Below, piece by piece: positions 38,337 to 50,979 of a stretch of DNA of 60,155 bases; the first letter of the stretch is position 1, and the number at the start of each line of letters is the position of its first letter. Where the stretch lies: the NCBI GenBank assembly GCA_902553695.1, contig CACDLR010000001.1:1-60155 (forward strand), read 5' to 3'. A program made the position numbers and the translations under genes. The DNA is from an uncultured Pelagibacteraceae bacterium. GTDB lineage: Bacteria > Pseudomonadota > Alphaproteobacteria > Pelagibacterales > Pelagibacteraceae. The notes under the pieces are model-generated. The model did not search any database. It was not told the DNA's origin and saw only the letters and a program-made list of their open reading frames with translations.

Positions 38337-40913
38337 TTAAATAAAATTATCATCAATTTTAATTGCAGAAACTACTTTTTCATTATTAGAAAGTTTAATA
38401 ATTCTTACTCCCTGTGTATTTCTACCAGCTATTCTAATTTCTTTAACACTAGTTCTTATAACTTTACCTTTATCTGTAGATATAATTATATCGTCCTCTG
38501 CTGAAACAGGAAATGATGATGAGACGTTGCCATTTCTTTGAGAGGTAACAATATTGATTATCCCTTTTCCTCCCCTATTTGTAACTCTATAGTCAAAATG
38601 TGGTGTTTTTTTTCCATATCCATTTTCAGTGACTGACAATATGAACTTTTCTGCTGATTTTTTATCTATATTTTTTTTCATATTTTTTTTAATGTGATTA
38701 ATAATTGATAAGGAAACAATTTTATCATTTTCAGATAAATTTATTCCTTTTATACCTTTTGACGATCTGCCTTTAAATACTCTAAGTTTACTGGACTCAA
38801 ATCTAATAGATTTGCCTGATTTTGTGCTCAATATAATGTCTTGATCATTTCTACAAATTTGAACACCAGCAATTTTATCGCCAGTGTCCAATTTAATTGC
38901 TATTTTGCCAGCTGAATTAATCGAACTGAAGTCATCTAGATTATTTTTTCTAATCTTACCGTTACTTGTAACAAATATTAAATGATAGTCTTTTTTTTCT
39001 GATATATCCTCTGGAAATGGCATTATCGAGCTTATAGTTTGATGATTTTTCCACTGAAGTAAATTTGAGACAGATTTACCTTTTGAAATAGATGATCCAA
39101 CTGGAATTTTCCAAGCCTTCAACCTGTAAACTAAACCCTCAGATGAAAAAAATAAAACCTGAGTATGAGTGTTAACTGACAATGTTTGAACAACAGAATC
39201 TTCATCTCTTGTTTTAATACCAGCCTTTCCTTTTCCACCTCTTTTTTGTTGTTTAACACTACTAAGCGCACCTCTTTTAATATAACCTTGGAGCGTAACA
39301 GTAATTATAACAGCTTCTTTTTGAATAGTTTCTTCAATATTGTAATTTAGAACTGCATCAATTATTTGTGTTTTTCTTTTTGAAGCATATTTTTCTTTAA
39401 TTTCCTTAAGCTCTGAGCTCATTACTTTATACAATTCCTTTTTAGAAGATAGTATTTTTTTATATTGAGTAATTAATGCTACTAACTTTTTTAGTTCAAC
39501 TTCAATTTCATTTATTCCCAAGGCAGTTAATTTTTGCAACCTAAGTTCTAATATTGCAATAACTTGATCAGTTGAAAACTTATAAGATGTTTTTGATTTT
39601 TTACTTTCAATTAAATTAACTAATTTGCCCGACTTTTTAATAGACCATGCAGATTTTAATAATTTAATTTTAGCATCTTCTGGCGTTGATGAATTACGAA
39701 TAATTTTAATTATTTTGTCTAAGTTGTCTATTGTTACAGATAAACCAATTAATATATGCGCTCTATCCTCAGCTTTTTTTAAATCAAACTTTGTTGCTTT
39801 TGTTATTACTTCTTCTCTGAATTCAATAAAACATTCTAAAAACTTTTTTAGTCCACAAGGTTCTGGTTTTTTGTTTACTATAGCTAATGAGTTAAATCCA
39901 AAAGAACTTTCTATCGATGTATATTTATATAACTGTCGTTTTATAGTTTCTGGTTCAACTCCTTTTTTTAAATCTATTACAACTCTAATTTCTTTTATGC
40001 CTCTTGACTCATCTCTGATATCATTTATACCCTCAATTTTCTTATCTCTTACAAGTTCAGCGATCCTCTCATTTAAAATTGATTTGTTAACTTGATACGG
40101 TATTGATGATATAATCAGTCGTTCTCTTCCATTTTTAATTTGTTCAGTAGATATCTCTCCTCTTATCTTGAAGGAACCTCTTCCATCTTTATATCCTTGT
40201 TTAATTATATCCTTTCCTATAATAATACCACCCGTGGGAAAATCGGGTCCTGGTATTAATTTCATTAATTGGTTTAATTTAATATCTTTATTTTCAATTA
40301 CAGCTAATGTAGCATCTATAACTTCACCTAGATTATGAGGAGGAATACTAGTTGCCATTCCTACAGCTATACCACCAGCACCGTTAACTAAAAGATTTGG
40401 ATATTGTGCTGGAAGAACTTCAGGCTCCTTTTCTGTTTCATCATAGTTGCTTTTAAAATCTACAGTATCTTTATTAATCTCATTAACTAAATGTTGTGAA
40501 ACTTTTGATAATCTACTTTCAGTATATCTCATTGCAGCAGGTGGATCTCCATCAACAGATCCAAAGTTCCCTTGACCTTCTACCAGAGGAAGACTCATGG
40601 AAAAATCTTGGACCATTCTAACAAGCGCATCGTACACAGCCTGATCTCCATGTGGATGGTATTTACCTATGACATCTCCCACAACTCTCGCAGATTTTCT
40701 AAATTGTTTTGACCAATCAAACCCACCTTTGTGCATTGCGTAAATAATTCTTCTATGAACTGGTTTTAAACCATCTCTTACATCTGGCAAGGCTCTACTT
40801 ACAATTACGCTCATTGCGTAAGATAAGTAGGAAGATTTCATCTCCTCATATATTGGTCGAGAAATAGGTTTTTCTGAAAATCTATTAACTTCTGTTAACT
40901 GATCTTTTTTCAT
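38337..40913 (-). CDS. gyrA: DNA gyrase subunit A
   Basis: [23 protein letters not shown] and the GyrA-box QKRGGKG. Confidence 0.97.
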   Translation of the reverse strand: MKKDQLTEVNRFSEKPISRPIYEEMKSSYLSYAMSVIVSRALPDVRDGLKPVHRRIIYAMHKGGFDWSKQFRKSARVVGDVIGKYHPHGDQAVYDALVRMVQDFSMSLPLVEGQGNFGSVDGDPPAAMRYTESRLSKVSQHLVNEINKDTVDFKSNYDETEKEPEVLPAQYPNLLVNGAGGIAVGMATSIPPHNLGEVIDATLAVIENKDIKLNQLMKLIPGPDFPTGGIIIGKDIIKQGYKDGRGSFKIRGEISTEQIKNGRERLIISSIPYQVNKSILNERIAELVRDKKIEGINDIRDESRGIKEIRVVIDLKKGVEPETIKRQLYKYTSIESSFGFNSLAIVNKKPEPCGLKKFLECFIEFREEVITKATKFDLKKAEDRAHILIGLSVTIDNLDKIIKIIRNSSTPEDAKIKLLKSAWSIKKSGKLVNLIESKKSKTSYKFSTDQVIAILELRLQKLTALGINEIEVELKKLVALITQYKKILSSKKELYKVMSSELKEIKEKYASKRKTQIIDAVLNYNIEETIQKEAVIITVTLQGYIKRGALSSVKQQKRGGKGKAGIKTRDEDSVVQTLSVNTHTQVLFFSSEGLVYRLKAWKIPVGSSISKGKSVSNLLQWKNHQTISSIMPFPEDISEKKDYHLIFVTSNGKIRKNNLDDFSSINSAGKIAIKLDTGDKIAGVQICRNDQDIILSTKSGKSIRFESSKLRVFKGRSSKGIKGINLSENDKIVSLSIINHIKKNMKKNIDKKSAEKFILSVTENGYGKKTPHFDYRVTNRGGKGIINIVTSQRNGNVSSSFPVSAEDDIIISTDKGKVIRTSVKEIRIAGRNTQGVRIIKLSNNEKVVSAIKIDDNFI

Positions 40914-41368
40914 TAAAATGGAATTTCGTCATCTAAATCGTTGTTATTTTGCTGATTTGTCTGATCAAAATCATTGTTTTTATTTTGAGAAGTGCTTGCA
41001 ATATTATTTGAATTAGACCCACCCAACATAGTTAATGTCGAATTATAACCCTGTAAAATAATTTCTGTTGAATATTTATCTTGTCCAGTTTGCTCATCCT
41101 TCCATTTCCTGGTAGACAATTGGCCTTCAATATAAACTTGCGCTCCTTTTTTTAAATATTGCTGAACAACATTTACCAGACCTTCATTGAATACAACTAT
41201 ACGGTGCCACTCTGTCTTTTCTTTTTTTTCTCCTGAATTTCGATCTTTCCAAGATTGACTTGTTGCTAAACTTAGCCTAGCGACACTTTTTCCATTAACC
41301 ATTTGTTTAACCTCTGGATCTGCCCCTAGTCTGCCAATTAATTGAACTTTATTTAAACTTCCTGCCAT
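40913..41368 (-). CDS. ssb: Single-stranded DNA-binding protein
   Basis: [21 protein letters not shown] tail. Confidence 0.98.
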   Translation of the reverse strand: MAGSLNKVQLIGRLGADPEVKQMVNGKSVARLSLATSQSWKDRNSGEKKEKTEWHRIVVFNEGLVNVVQQYLKKGAQVYIEGQLSTRKWKDEQTGQDKYSTEIILQGYNSTLTMLGGSNSNNIASTSQNKNNDFDQTNQQNNNDLDDEIPF

Positions 41369-41447
41369 AAATTAGTAATTTAAAGAATTTTTACTATAAC
41401 ACATTTTACCTTGAATATTAATTTTATTAATCTAAAGCAACTAAATA

Positions 41448-44324
41448 ATGCTTAAAAAGATCCACATAAAAGGTGCAAAAGAGCACAATTTAAAGAATAT
41501 ATCTTTAGAGATTCCAAAAGATAAATTTGTGGTCATAACTGGTCTATCTGGATCAGGTAAATCTTCATTAGCTTTTGATACAATATATGCTGAGGGTCAA
41601 AGAAGATATGTTGAGAGCTTATCTGCTTATGCAAGACAATTCTTGGATAAAATGAAAAAACCCAATGTGGATTTTATTGAAGGTTTGAGTCCTGCGATTT
41701 CTATAGAGCAAAAAAATACATCAAAAAACCCGAGATCAACGGTTGCTACAGTAACTGAGATTTATGATTATATGAGGGTTCTTTACGCTAGAGCAGGTAC
41801 ACCCTTTTCACCATTTACTGGGAAACCTATTGTTTCACAAACAATAAGTCAAATTGTCGACAGAATTAAACAACTTCCTAAAAAATCAACAATTTTTTTA
41901 TACTCACCAGTGGTTAGAGGTAGAAAGGGCGAGTATAGAAAAGAAATTTTATCTTTTAAAAAAAGAGGTTTTAGAAAAATACAAATTGACAACAAAGTAT
42001 ATGATATTGATAAAGCTCCTGATCTAAATAAAAAGTTAAAACATGATATATCAATATTAATTGATAGAATTGTAATTAATTCATCTTTAGGAAATAGATT
42101 GGCAGAATCGGTCGAGACAGCTGTTAATTTATCTAACGGTTTATTATTTGTTGAATATGAAGATGAAACACTACCCAAACAATATCGAAAAATTGAAAAA
42201 ATTATTTTTTCTACAAAATTTGCATGTCCAGAAAGTGGATTTACAATTGAAGAAATCGAACCTAGATTATTTTCGTTTAATAGTCCTTATGGTGCTTGTG
42301 AGGAATGTGAAGGAATAGGTATTAAATTAAATGTTGACCCAAAACTTGTGATTTCAGATGAAAAGAAAACCATATCTGAAGGAGCAATTGTTCCATGGGC
42401 AAAATCTACATCACTTTATTACGCTCAAACTTTAGCATCACTGGCAAAACACTATAAATTTTCTTTAGATGAAAAATGGAAAAATATTCCGAAAAAGATA
42501 AAAGATATTATTTTATATGGCTCCGATGATGAAGAAATTAAGTTTTCATACGATGATGGTTATGAAAAATATTCGCACAAAAAAACCTTTGAAGGTGTGA
42601 TTAATAACTTAGAAAGACGTTATTTAGAGACTGATAGTGAGTGGATGAGAGAAGAAATTTCGCAATATCAATCAGATACAAAATGTGAAAAATGTAATGG
42701 TTATAGATTAAAAGATGAGGCACTCTGTGTTAAAATCGACGATATTAATATAAGTCAAGTAACCGAAAAATCAATAATTGAAGCTAAGGAATGGTTTTCC
42801 TCATTAGAGACAAAGCTTGATTCTACAAGATTAAAAATTGCACAACATATACTTAAAGAAATAAATGAAAGATTAGATTTTCTTTTAAATGTTGGTTTAG
42901 ACTACTTAACTTTATCTAGAGAGTCAGGAACTCTATCTGGTGGAGAATCTCAAAGAATAAGATTAGCATCACAAATTGGATCTGGGTTAACCGGAGTATT
43001 ATACGTGCTAGATGAACCTTCTATAGGATTGCATCAAAAAGATAATATTAAATTAATAGATGCTTTAAAGAGGTTACGAGATCTTGGAAATACTGTAATT
43101 GTAGTTGAACATGATACTGAGACAATGGAAAATTCAGATCACATTATAGACCTTGGGCCTGAGGCTGGTCACAAAGGTGGTGAAATTGTAGCTGAAGGAA
43201 CGTGTGACGAGATCAAAAAAAATAATAATAGTATTACAGGAAAATATCTTTCTAATAAAAGCTTCATACCAGTTCCAAAACAAAGAAGAATAGCTAAACA
43301 CGGAAGATATCTCGAAATACAAAATGCATCTGGAAATAATTTGAAAAATGTTAATTTAAAAATACCCCTAGGCGCTTTTACATGTGTAACAGGGGTATCA
43401 GGTAGTGGTAAATCGACCTTAATACTTCAAACACTTTTTAACGCACTAAATCTATACTTGAATAATAATAAAACTAGAAAAATTCCTTTACCATTTAAAG
43501 GAATTAAAGGAATTGAGTTAATTGACAAAATAATTGATATAGATCAATCTCCTATCGGAAGAACACCAAGATCTAATCCAGCAACATATACTGGTGCTTT
43601 TGGACCTATAAGAGATTGGTTTACAAATTTACCAGAGTCTAAAAGTAGAGGTTATAAACCTGGTAGATTTTCTTTTAATGTTAAAGGTGGAAGATGTGAG
43701 GCTTGTGAAGGTGATGGAGTAATAACTTATGAAATGCATTTTTTACCTGATGTATATATAACCTGTGATGATTGCAAGGGGAGCAGGTATAACCGTGAAA
43801 CACTTGAAATTAAATTTAAGGGTAAAAATATTTCAGATGTTCTAAATATGACTGTTGATGAAGGATGTGATTTTTTTGAAAACATAAATACTATTAGAGG
43901 CAAACTACTTACCCTTAAAAAAGTTGGTTTAGGGTATATAAAAATAGGACAACAGGCAACAACGTTATCAGGTGGAGAAGCACAAAGGATAAAGCTTGCA
44001 AAAGAATTATCAAAAAGATCAACAGGTAGAACAGTATATATATTAGATGAGCCTACGACGGGATTACACCAACACGATATAAAGAAATTATTGGAGATAT
44101 TACATACTTTTGTTGCAACAGGAAATACAGTTATTGTCATTGAGCACAACCTTGACGTAATTAAAACTGCAGACCATATTATTGATATTGGTCCGGATGG
44201 AGGAGTAAAAGGTGGTGAAATTATCGCAGAAGGCAAGCCTGAGGATATAGTCAAAATAGACACAAGTTATACAGGAAAATTTTTAGCACCATTATTAATT
44301 TCTAAATATAAAAAAATTGCCTAA
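41448..44324 (+). CDS. uvrA: Excinuclease ABC subunit A
   Basis: Two GxSGSGKS P-loops, LSGGE signatures, zinc fingers. Confidence 0.98.
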   Translation: MLKKIHIKGAKEHNLKNISLEIPKDKFVVITGLSGSGKSSLAFDTIYAEGQRRYVESLSAYARQFLDKMKKPNVDFIEGLSPAISIEQKNTSKNPRSTVATVTEIYDYMRVLYARAGTPFSPFTGKPIVSQTISQIVDRIKQLPKKSTIFLYSPVVRGRKGEYRKEILSFKKRGFRKIQIDNKVYDIDKAPDLNKKLKHDISILIDRIVINSSLGNRLAESVETAVNLSNGLLFVEYEDETLPKQYRKIEKIIFSTKFACPESGFTIEEIEPRLFSFNSPYGACEECEGIGIKLNVDPKLVISDEKKTISEGAIVPWAKSTSLYYAQTLASLAKHYKFSLDEKWKNIPKKIKDIILYGSDDEEIKFSYDDGYEKYSHKKTFEGVINNLERRYLETDSEWMREEISQYQSDTKCEKCNGYRLKDEALCVKIDDINISQVTEKSIIEAKEWFSSLETKLDSTRLKIAQHILKEINERLDFLLNVGLDYLTLSRESGTLSGGESQRIRLASQIGSGLTGVLYVLDEPSIGLHQKDNIKLIDALKRLRDLGNTVIVVEHDTETMENSDHIIDLGPEAGHKGGEIVAEGTCDEIKKNNNSITGKYLSNKSFIPVPKQRRIAKHGRYLEIQNASGNNLKNVNLKIPLGAFTCVTGVSGSGKSTLILQTLFNALNLYLNNNKTRKIPLPFKGIKGIELIDKIIDIDQSPIGRTPRSNPATYTGAFGPIRDWFTNLPESKSRGYKPGRFSFNVKGGRCEACEGDGVITYEMHFLPDVYITCDDCKGSRYNRETLEIKFKGKNISDVLNMTVDEGCDFFENINTIRGKLLTLKKVGLGYIKIGQQATTLSGGEAQRIKLAKELSKRSTGRTVYILDEPTTGLHQHDIKKLLEILHTFVATGNTVIVIEHNLDVIKTADHIIDIGPDGGVKGGEIIAEGKPEDIVKIDTSYTGKFLAPLLISKYKKIA

Positions 44325-44351
44325 ATTTATAATTCATTGTATAAAATTAGC

Positions 44352-44954
44352 ATGACAAGTATTTTACAGTCCTTATCTAAAACAATTCATTTTTCTCTTG
44401 CATTAGCAATAATACTATTTTTGGGACTATATTTTTTAAATGGTGGATTTGATATTGATACTCTATTTTGGAGTTGGCTATTTAGATATATCCATGTAAT
44501 TGTCGGAATAATGTGGATTGGATTACTCTGGTATTTTAATTTTGTACAAATACCTAATATGGCCAAAATTCCAGACGAACAAAAACCTGCTATAGGAAAA
44601 GTAATAGCACCTTCTGCTTTATTTTGGTTTAGATGGGCAGCTCTATTTACAATTATATCAGGATTAATTTTAGCTTACATAAACGGATATGTTCATGATG
44701 CCATGACACTAGGAATTACTTCTGGAGGAGGAAAAAGTACTGCAATAGGGATTGGAATGTGGCTAGGATTAATAATGGCATTTAATGTTTGGTTTGTGAT
44801 ATGGCCAAATCAAAAAAGAGCTTTGGGCATTGTTGATGTAGATGCTGAAACAAAAGCAAAATCTGCAAAGACAGCAATGCTGTTTTCTAGAACAAATACT
44901 TTATTGTCATTACCAATGCTTTTATCCATGGTCGCAGCACAAAACTTATATTAG
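44352..44954 (+). CDS. PuuD (urate hydroxylase)-like membrane protein
   Basis: HVIVGIMWIGLLWYFNF, FRWAA, NVWFVIWPNQK, SRTN. Confidence 0.82.
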   Translation: MTSILQSLSKTIHFSLALAIILFLGLYFLNGGFDIDTLFWSWLFRYIHVIVGIMWIGLLWYFNFVQIPNMAKIPDEQKPAIGKVIAPSALFWFRWAALFTIISGLILAYINGYVHDAMTLGITSGGGKSTAIGIGMWLGLIMAFNVWFVIWPNQKRALGIVDVDAETKAKSAKTAMLFSRTNTLLSLPMLLSMVAAQNLY

Positions 44955-45853
44955 TTTTTTTCTTCTTCTTCTTTTTTTACTACAGTATAATGGTCAACTT
45001 TAAGTTTAACTAAAATAGGATTAGCTATGTATATAGAAGAATATGTACCTATAATGACACCTAAAATCATTGCAAATGAAAAACCTCTTAAAATTTCACC
45101 ACCAAGAAAAAATATTGAAAGTAATGCTAATAATGTTGTGACAGAGGTTAAAATTGTTCTTGATAAAGTTTCATTTATTGATTGATTAGATAAATCAAAA
45201 ATATTTAAATCTATATATTTTCTAAGATTATCACGAACTCTATCAAAAATTACAACAGTATCATTCATTGAATATCCAACAATAGTTAGAACAGCGGCAA
45301 CAATTGATAAATTTATTTCTAAAGATAAAAATGAAAATATTCCTAAAGTTATGATTATATCATGAAATAGAGCAATAATTGCTCCCAAACTAAATTGCCA
45401 TTCAAATCTAATCCAAATATAAAATAACATTGCAGCCAAGGATAAAGAAATTGCTATGATACCAGATTTTAACAGTTCAGAACTAATTTTTGGTCCTACA
45501 TTTTCAACTCTTCTAAAATTTATATTTGGAAATGATTTTGAAACAATATTTTTAAGGTTGCCTATAAATTCTGGATCATTCAAGTTTTGTTTTTGAAATT
45601 TTATTATATAATCTTTATCATTACCGAAATTTTTAACAGTTAAATTTGGTAAATTGGTTTTACTGAATACATCTCTAACTTTGGAAACTGAATGTTCAGA
45701 TGTTTCGATTCTGATTTCAATTAATGTGCCTCCTTTGAAATCAACTCCATAATTAAGACCTTTAAAAAAAAGAAAACATAGTGATATAATTATTAGAATA
45801 GCTGAAATGTAACCAAAGTGTTTGTAATATCTATTAAATTTTATTTTGCCCAT
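44951..45853 (-). CDS. secF: Protein translocase subunit SecF
   Basis: GVDFKGG, VGP, GYSMNDTVVIFDRVR. Confidence 0.96.
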   Translation of the reverse strand: MGKIKFNRYYKHFGYISAILIIISLCFLFFKGLNYGVDFKGGTLIEIRIETSEHSVSKVRDVFSKTNLPNLTVKNFGNDKDYIIKFQKQNLNDPEFIGNLKNIVSKSFPNINFRRVENVGPKISSELLKSGIIAISLSLAAMLFYIWIRFEWQFSLGAIIALFHDIIITLGIFSFLSLEINLSIVAAVLTIVGYSMNDTVVIFDRVRDNLRKYIDLNIFDLSNQSINETLSRTILTSVTTLLALLSIFFLGGEILRGFSFAMILGVIIGTYSSIYIANPILVKLKVDHYTVVKKEEEEKN

Positions 45854-45858
45854 ATTGT

Positions 45859-47412
45859 TTATATTATTTTTTCTTTATCTTTATTTGATTTTACATAAAT
45901 AGAGCTTAATAATCTTGCAATAAAATATACTGAAAATAATGTAGTTACTATTCCGATTCCTAATGTTACCGAAAACCCTTTAATTGGACCCGATCCCATT
46001 AAAAATAAAATTACTGCAGCAATTAAAGTAGTTATATTGGCATCTATAATAGCTGTTCTTGACTTTATATATCCATTATCAAATGCCACCATTTGATTAT
46101 TTTCGTTATAAATTTCCTCTTTTATTCTTTCGAAAATTAGAACATTAGCATCAACGGCCATTCCTACAGTAAGAATTATTCCTGCGATTCCAGGGAGGGT
46201 TAATGTTGCGCCAAATAATGTGAGTATACCGGTAAGTAAAAATAAATTAGTAATTAGTGTTAAATTGGCTATAAGACCAAATACTCTATACTTATAAAAC
46301 ATAAAAAGAACTACTAAACCAAAACCTACAATTAAGGATATTATTCCCGCTTTTATTGAGTCTTTACCTAAATCTGGACCAACCGATCTTTCCTCTATTA
46401 TATTCATTGGTGCAGGTAAGGCTCCGGATCTAAGTAGTAAAGCTAAATCGGTAGCTGACTGAAATGTAAAATCACCACTTATCTGCCCAGATCCTCCAAC
46501 AATAGGCTCTCTTATAGATGGAGCGCTAATTATTTTACCATCTAAAATAATAGCTAATTGTTTTCCAACATTTTCGGTTGTGGCTTTTGCAAATTTTTTG
46601 GAACCTACCCTATCTAAAGTAAAAGATACAATTGTTTGATTATTTTGTGTATCCATTCGAGGCTTTGCATCAATAAGATTGTCACCATTTAATATTATTC
46701 TTTTACTAACTATTGCCTGATCAAGATTGTTGTCAAATTTAAGTATTTCAGTTCCAAAACTGTCATTTTCGTTAGAAGAAACAAATTGAAAAGTTAAATT
46801 TGCTGTTTTACCAAGAAGAGATTTTATTCTGGCAGGATCATCCAGTCCAGGAAGTTCCACTAGTATTCTATTATTACCTCGTTTTAATATATTAGGTTCA
46901 TTTGTTCCAGTCTCATCAACTCTTCTTCTTACTATTTCAACGGCTTGATCTAAAGAAGAAGTATTAAGTAAAACAATTCCATATTCTGATAAATAGATGG
47001 AAAAGTAATTGTTATTATTTTCAACGTTATATTGATAAGATTTAAATTTTTCAAAATAAGGATTAATATCACTTTCTTTATTTTCTAAAATTTCACGTAC
47101 TTGATCAACAGATGAAACATCGCTTTCAAAAAATATTTTATTATTTTCTATTAAAAAATTTTTTGCTTTGATTGATTTATCATTAAATATTTTCTTTAAA
47201 TCAATTAATTTTATTTGAAGTGTTTGAGAAATGATTGGTTGATTATCAATTTCTAATAATAAATAAGAACCACCTTGCAAATCTAAACCAAGATTTATTT
47301 TATTTTTAATAAAATTATCATCAAACTTAAATAAGTTGGATAGAGAAAAATATATTAAAACTAAGGTGATTATAAGTACAGTTATAATTTTAATTTTGGA
47401 AAAATATAACAC
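45859..47412 (-). CDS. secD: Protein translocase subunit SecD
   Basis: LGLDLQGG, LRSGALPA, GMAVDANVLIFERIKE. Confidence 0.96.
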   Translation of the reverse strand: MLYFSKIKIITVLIITLVLIYFSLSNLFKFDDNFIKNKINLGLDLQGGSYLLLEIDNQPIISQTLQIKLIDLKKIFNDKSIKAKNFLIENNKIFFESDVSSVDQVREILENKESDINPYFEKFKSYQYNVENNNNYFSIYLSEYGIVLLNTSSLDQAVEIVRRRVDETGTNEPNILKRGNNRILVELPGLDDPARIKSLLGKTANLTFQFVSSNENDSFGTEILKFDNNLDQAIVSKRIILNGDNLIDAKPRMDTQNNQTIVSFTLDRVGSKKFAKATTENVGKQLAIILDGKIISAPSIREPIVGGSGQISGDFTFQSATDLALLLRSGALPAPMNIIEERSVGPDLGKDSIKAGIISLIVGFGLVVLFMFYKYRVFGLIANLTLITNLFLLTGILTLFGATLTLPGIAGIILTVGMAVDANVLIFERIKEEIYNENNQMVAFDNGYIKSRTAIIDANITTLIAAVILFLMGSGPIKGFSVTLGIGIVTTLFSVYFIARLLSSIYVKSNKDKEKII

Positions 47413-47424
47413 TTAATATATTAA

Positions 47425-47709
47425 TTATTTTTTTACTTCTTGGGTATTTGCTAATGCCTGAATTCCAGTTGCTTTAACAATTTCAACTTTAACATTTTCT
47501 GAAATTATAACTTCAGCTTTTTCTGCATCAATAATTCTTTCTATTGTTCCAACAATTCCACCAGTTGTGATGACTTTATCTCCTCTTTTTAAATTATCTA
47601 CCATTAATTTATGATCTTTAACTTTCTTTTGCTGTGGTCGAATTAAGAAAAAATAAAAAATTACAAATATTAATATTAACGGTATAAATTGCGCTATTCC
47701 TGAATCCAT
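47425..47709 (-). CDS. yajC: Preprotein translocase subunit YajC
   Basis: FYFFLIRPQQK, GDKVITTGG. Confidence 0.96.
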   Translation of the reverse strand: MDSGIAQFIPLILIFVIFYFFLIRPQQKKVKDHKLMVDNLKRGDKVITTGGIVGTIERIIDAEKAEVIISENVKVEIVKATGIQALANTQEVKK

Positions 47710-47755
47710 AAATCTCCTAAATAATGAAATTTTTTATACTATATAAATAAATATC

Positions 47756-49021
47756 TCAACTGCTAATTGGCAAAATTTTATCTATATTATTCATATATGG
47801 TCTAAGAGCATCAGGAATATTTATAGATCCATCTTCAGTTTGATAATTTTCTATAATAGAAATCAGTGTTCTTCCAATCGCAAGACCACTTCCATTAAGA
47901 GTTCCGGTAAATACATTTTCATTTTTAGAGTTTTTATATTTTGAATTCATTCTTCTTGATTGAAATGTTCCACAGGAAGAACAACTAGATATCTCTCTAT
48001 ATTTTTGTTCCGATGGAAGCCAAACTTCGATATCATAAGTTTTCTCTGCGCTAAATCCCATATCACCCGAACATAAAATAATTTTTCTATATGGTAGTTT
48101 TAATTTATCTAATATCATTGTTGCACAATTGGTCATTCGTTCTAGCTCTTCTGAACAATTTTCGGGTTCAACTATACTAACTAATTCAACCTTATAAAAT
48201 TGATGTTGACGTATCATTCCTTTAGTATCTTTACCATAACTACCCGCTTCTTTACGGAAACATGGTGTTGATGCAACTAACCTAATCGGCAGATCACTTT
48301 GTTTTAAAATTTGATTTTTAACCATATTTGTTAAAATTACTTCTGCTGTAGGAATAAGAAATTTTCTACCATCATTTATTTCTAGTTTGATTTCGAACTG
48401 ATCATTTTCAAATTTTGGTAATTGACCTGTGCCATACATTGTACTTTCCGATGCTATTAAGGGAGGAGATATTTCTCTATATCCATTTTCTAATGTATGA
48501 ATATCTAACATAAAATTAGATAATGCCCTCTCTAGCATAGCTAATTTGTCTTTAACAAATACAAATCTAGATCCAGTTGTTTTTGAAGCTAAATCAAAAT
48601 CTAACATGCCAAGTTTTTCTCCAAGCTCGAAATGAGATTTTTCTTTAAAATTTTTTTTTTGAAGATTTCCTTTGGTTTCAATTATTTTATTATCTTTTTC
48701 ATTTGAACCATCTGGAACATCATTATGTGGAATATTTGGAATAGAAGAAAGAAGATTTTCTAATTCGGTTTTAATTTTTATTTGTTCATCTGAAAGTTTT
48801 TTTATTGATGAAGAAATTTCTTTAGATTTCAAAAACATTTTTTCATCTTTTGACTTAGAAATATTTTTTTTTTCTTTTTCTAAATTTTCTTTATCTTGAA
48901 TTAGTTTTCTATTTTTCTTGTCTAAATCGAGGATATTATCGATTTTAGTTGTATTATTTCTCTTTGAAATTTTTTTTTTAAAATTTTCAAAGTTATCTCT
49001 AATATATTTTATATCATGCAT
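47756..49021 (-). CDS. serS: Serine-tRNA ligase
   Basis: LIPTAE, FRKEAGSYG, REISSCS, LNGSGLA. Confidence 0.97.
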   Translation of the reverse strand: MHDIKYIRDNFENFKKKISKRNNTTKIDNILDLDKKNRKLIQDKENLEKEKKNISKSKDEKMFLKSKEISSSIKKLSDEQIKIKTELENLLSSIPNIPHNDVPDGSNEKDNKIIETKGNLQKKNFKEKSHFELGEKLGMLDFDLASKTTGSRFVFVKDKLAMLERALSNFMLDIHTLENGYREISPPLIASESTMYGTGQLPKFENDQFEIKLEINDGRKFLIPTAEVILTNMVKNQILKQSDLPIRLVASTPCFRKEAGSYGKDTKGMIRQHQFYKVELVSIVEPENCSEELERMTNCATMILDKLKLPYRKIILCSGDMGFSAEKTYDIEVWLPSEQKYREISSCSSCGTFQSRRMNSKYKNSKNENVFTGTLNGSGLAIGRTLISIIENYQTEDGSINIPDALRPYMNNIDKILPISS

Positions 49022-49790
49022 TTTCTTCTTCTCTTTGCCGTTTTAAATTTTTGCTTTCAATTATATTTACTGATAAAATTGACAATTCATACAATAATAA
49101 TAGTGGTACCGCTAAACCAATTTGTGTAATTGGATCTGGAGGCGTAAGAATGGCGGCTGCAGCAAAAATAATTACTACAACATATTTTCTTCTTTCTTTT
49201 AAAAATTTAGCGTCAATAAAACCAACTCTAGCTAATAAACTTAATACTATCGGCAATTGAAAACTTAGACCGAATGCAAAAATTAATTTCATTACTAATG
49301 ATAAGTATTCATTCACTTTAGCCTCTAACTGAATTGGCAAATTTGTGCTTAAACCTACACTTTCAAATGATAAAAAAAATTTTATAGCAAGAGGCATGAT
49401 CAAATAGTAAACAAGCATTCCTCCTAATAGAAATAATATAGGTGTTAAAACTAAATATGGCATAATTGCTTTTTTCTCATGTTTATAAAGACCAGGCGCT
49501 ATAAACTTCCAAATTTGAATAAGAATAAATGGGCTAGTAGCAAAAAATGCGGCAAAAAATGAAACCTTTAAGTAAGTAAGAAAAGTTTCTTGTAATGCTG
49601 TAAAAATTAATCTTCTTTCTACGTTGTCATCTTTAACAGCATTTGCATATGGTTCTACCAAAAAACCATAGATATGATCTGAAAAAATATAGCAAATTAT
49701 AAAAAGAACTGCTAAAAAAATTAACGAAGAAATAAGCCTTCGCCTCAATTCAGTTAAATGACTTATAAAACCTATTTCCTTCTCAGACAT
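49014..49790 (-). CDS. tatC: Twin-arginine translocase TatC
   Basis: HLTELRRRL, FIAPGL, TPPD. Confidence 0.97.
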   Translation of the reverse strand: MSEKEIGFISHLTELRRRLISSLIFLAVLFIICYIFSDHIYGFLVEPYANAVKDDNVERRLIFTALQETFLTYLKVSFFAAFFATSPFILIQIWKFIAPGLYKHEKKAIMPYLVLTPILFLLGGMLVYYLIMPLAIKFFLSFESVGLSTNLPIQLEAKVNEYLSLVMKLIFAFGLSFQLPIVLSLLARVGFIDAKFLKERRKYVVVIIFAAAAILTPPDPITQIGLAVPLLLLYELSILSVNIIESKNLKRQREEENA

Positions 49791-50034
49791 TTTTTTTATT
49801 ATTTAAATTATTTTTTGTTTTATTTTGATTTTCATCATTTTCATCATTTTCATAAATATGTTTAGCTTCATCTTCAATAGATGAAACTTCATTTTGAACA
49901 TTTGATACATACCTTTTAACAGTTCCAATCCAACTACCAACTTTTTTTAACATTATAGGAAAATCTTTGGGACCTACTACAATAATTGCTATTGAGGCTA
50001 TTATTAAAATTTCTAACCAGCCAATTTGTGGCAT
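49783..50034 (-). CDS. tatB: Twin-arginine translocase TatB
   Basis: IGWLE..VVGPKDFP; lies between tatA and tatC. Confidence 0.92.
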   Translation of the reverse strand: MPQIGWLEILIIASIAIIVVGPKDFPIMLKKVGSWIGTVKRYVSNVQNEVSSIEDEAKHIYENDENDENQNKTKNNLNNKKNV

Positions 50035-50039
50035 TGGGA

Positions 50040-50240
50040 TTAATTACTATCTTTTGAATCTTTTTTGTCTTCGGAATGATCTTTAGGATTATTATCTTCA
50101 ATAGTATCTGAAGCCATTCCACTTTTAAAGCTTTTTATACCTTTGGCGACATCACCCATTAAACTTGAGATCTTTCCTCTTCCGAATAAAAGTACTACTA
50201 AAATTACAACAATTGCTATTTGCCAAAAACCGATACTCAT
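50040..50240 (-). CDS. tatA: Twin-arginine translocase TatA
   Basis: [20 protein letters not shown]. Confidence 0.95.
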   Translation of the reverse strand: MSIGFWQIAIVVILVVLLFGRGKISSLMGDVAKGIKSFKSGMASDTIEDNNPKDHSEDKKDSKDSN

Positions 50241-50262
50241 ATCTTGTTTATATACTTAATAT

Positions 50263-50979
50263 TTATTTTTTTAAAGGATCTTTTTCAGAAATTTCATCTT
50301 TTGTTAAAGTGTCTTGAAGCATTTCATCTATATTAGAGTAAATATCTTCCTTTTTTCCTTCCTGTTTTTCTTTATAAAATTTTCCAGTTCCAAATATAGA
50401 TCTTTCAATTGATGTAGGATCGATTAATCCAGCAGCACCTAATTCATCGACTGTTGGTAAATCAGAAAGTTTTTGTAGATTGAAATGACTTAGAAAATCA
50501 TCAGTTGTTACATATTGAATTGGTTTTCCAGGAACGTCTTTGCGACCACCTGGTTTAACCCAATTTAGCTCCATAAGTATTTCTAGTGTATTTGTGCCAA
50601 AAGCAACACCTCTAATATCCTCTATTTCAGCTCTGGTTACTGGTTGATGATAAACAATAATTGATAAGGTTTCTACTGCCGCTTTAGATAGTTTTTTTTC
50701 TATTGTTTTTTGTTTAGACAACAAATTTGATAATTTATCAGATGTCCTAAAGGACCATTTATTAGATATACAAACTAAATTAATTCCTCTGTTTGAATAA
50801 AAATATTTTAATTTTTCAAGAGCTTTATCGACGTTTATTTTTTTGGTTATTTTATCCTCAATAGCTTCAACATCCAAAGGTATATTTGAAGCAAAGAGAA
50901 TTGCTTCTATCTCTTTTTCTTGATCAGTTATTTTTGTATCAGGAAATTTTACAATATTATTTTTTTTTGTCTTATTCAT
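50263..50979 (-). CDS. scpB: SMC-Scp complex subunit ScpB
   Basis: IEAILFAS, LSKAAVETL, QPVTRAEIEDIRGV. Confidence 0.95.
   Translation of the reverse strand: MNKTKKNNIVKFPDTKITDQEKEIEAILFASNIPLDVEAIEDKITKKINVDKALEKLKYFYSNRGINLVCISNKWSFRTSDKLSNLLSKQKTIEKKLSKAAVETLSIIVYHQPVTRAEIEDIRGVAFGTNTLEILMELNWVKPGGRKDVPGKPIQYVTTDDFLSHFNLQKLSDLPTVDELGAAGLIDPTSIERSIFGTGKFYKEKQEGKKEDIYSNIDEMLQDTLTKDEISEKDPLKK

Noticed and set aside
41369-41447. LexA box between ssb and uvrA
   Set aside because: No GTTC-N7-GTTC or GAAC-N7-GAAC match found
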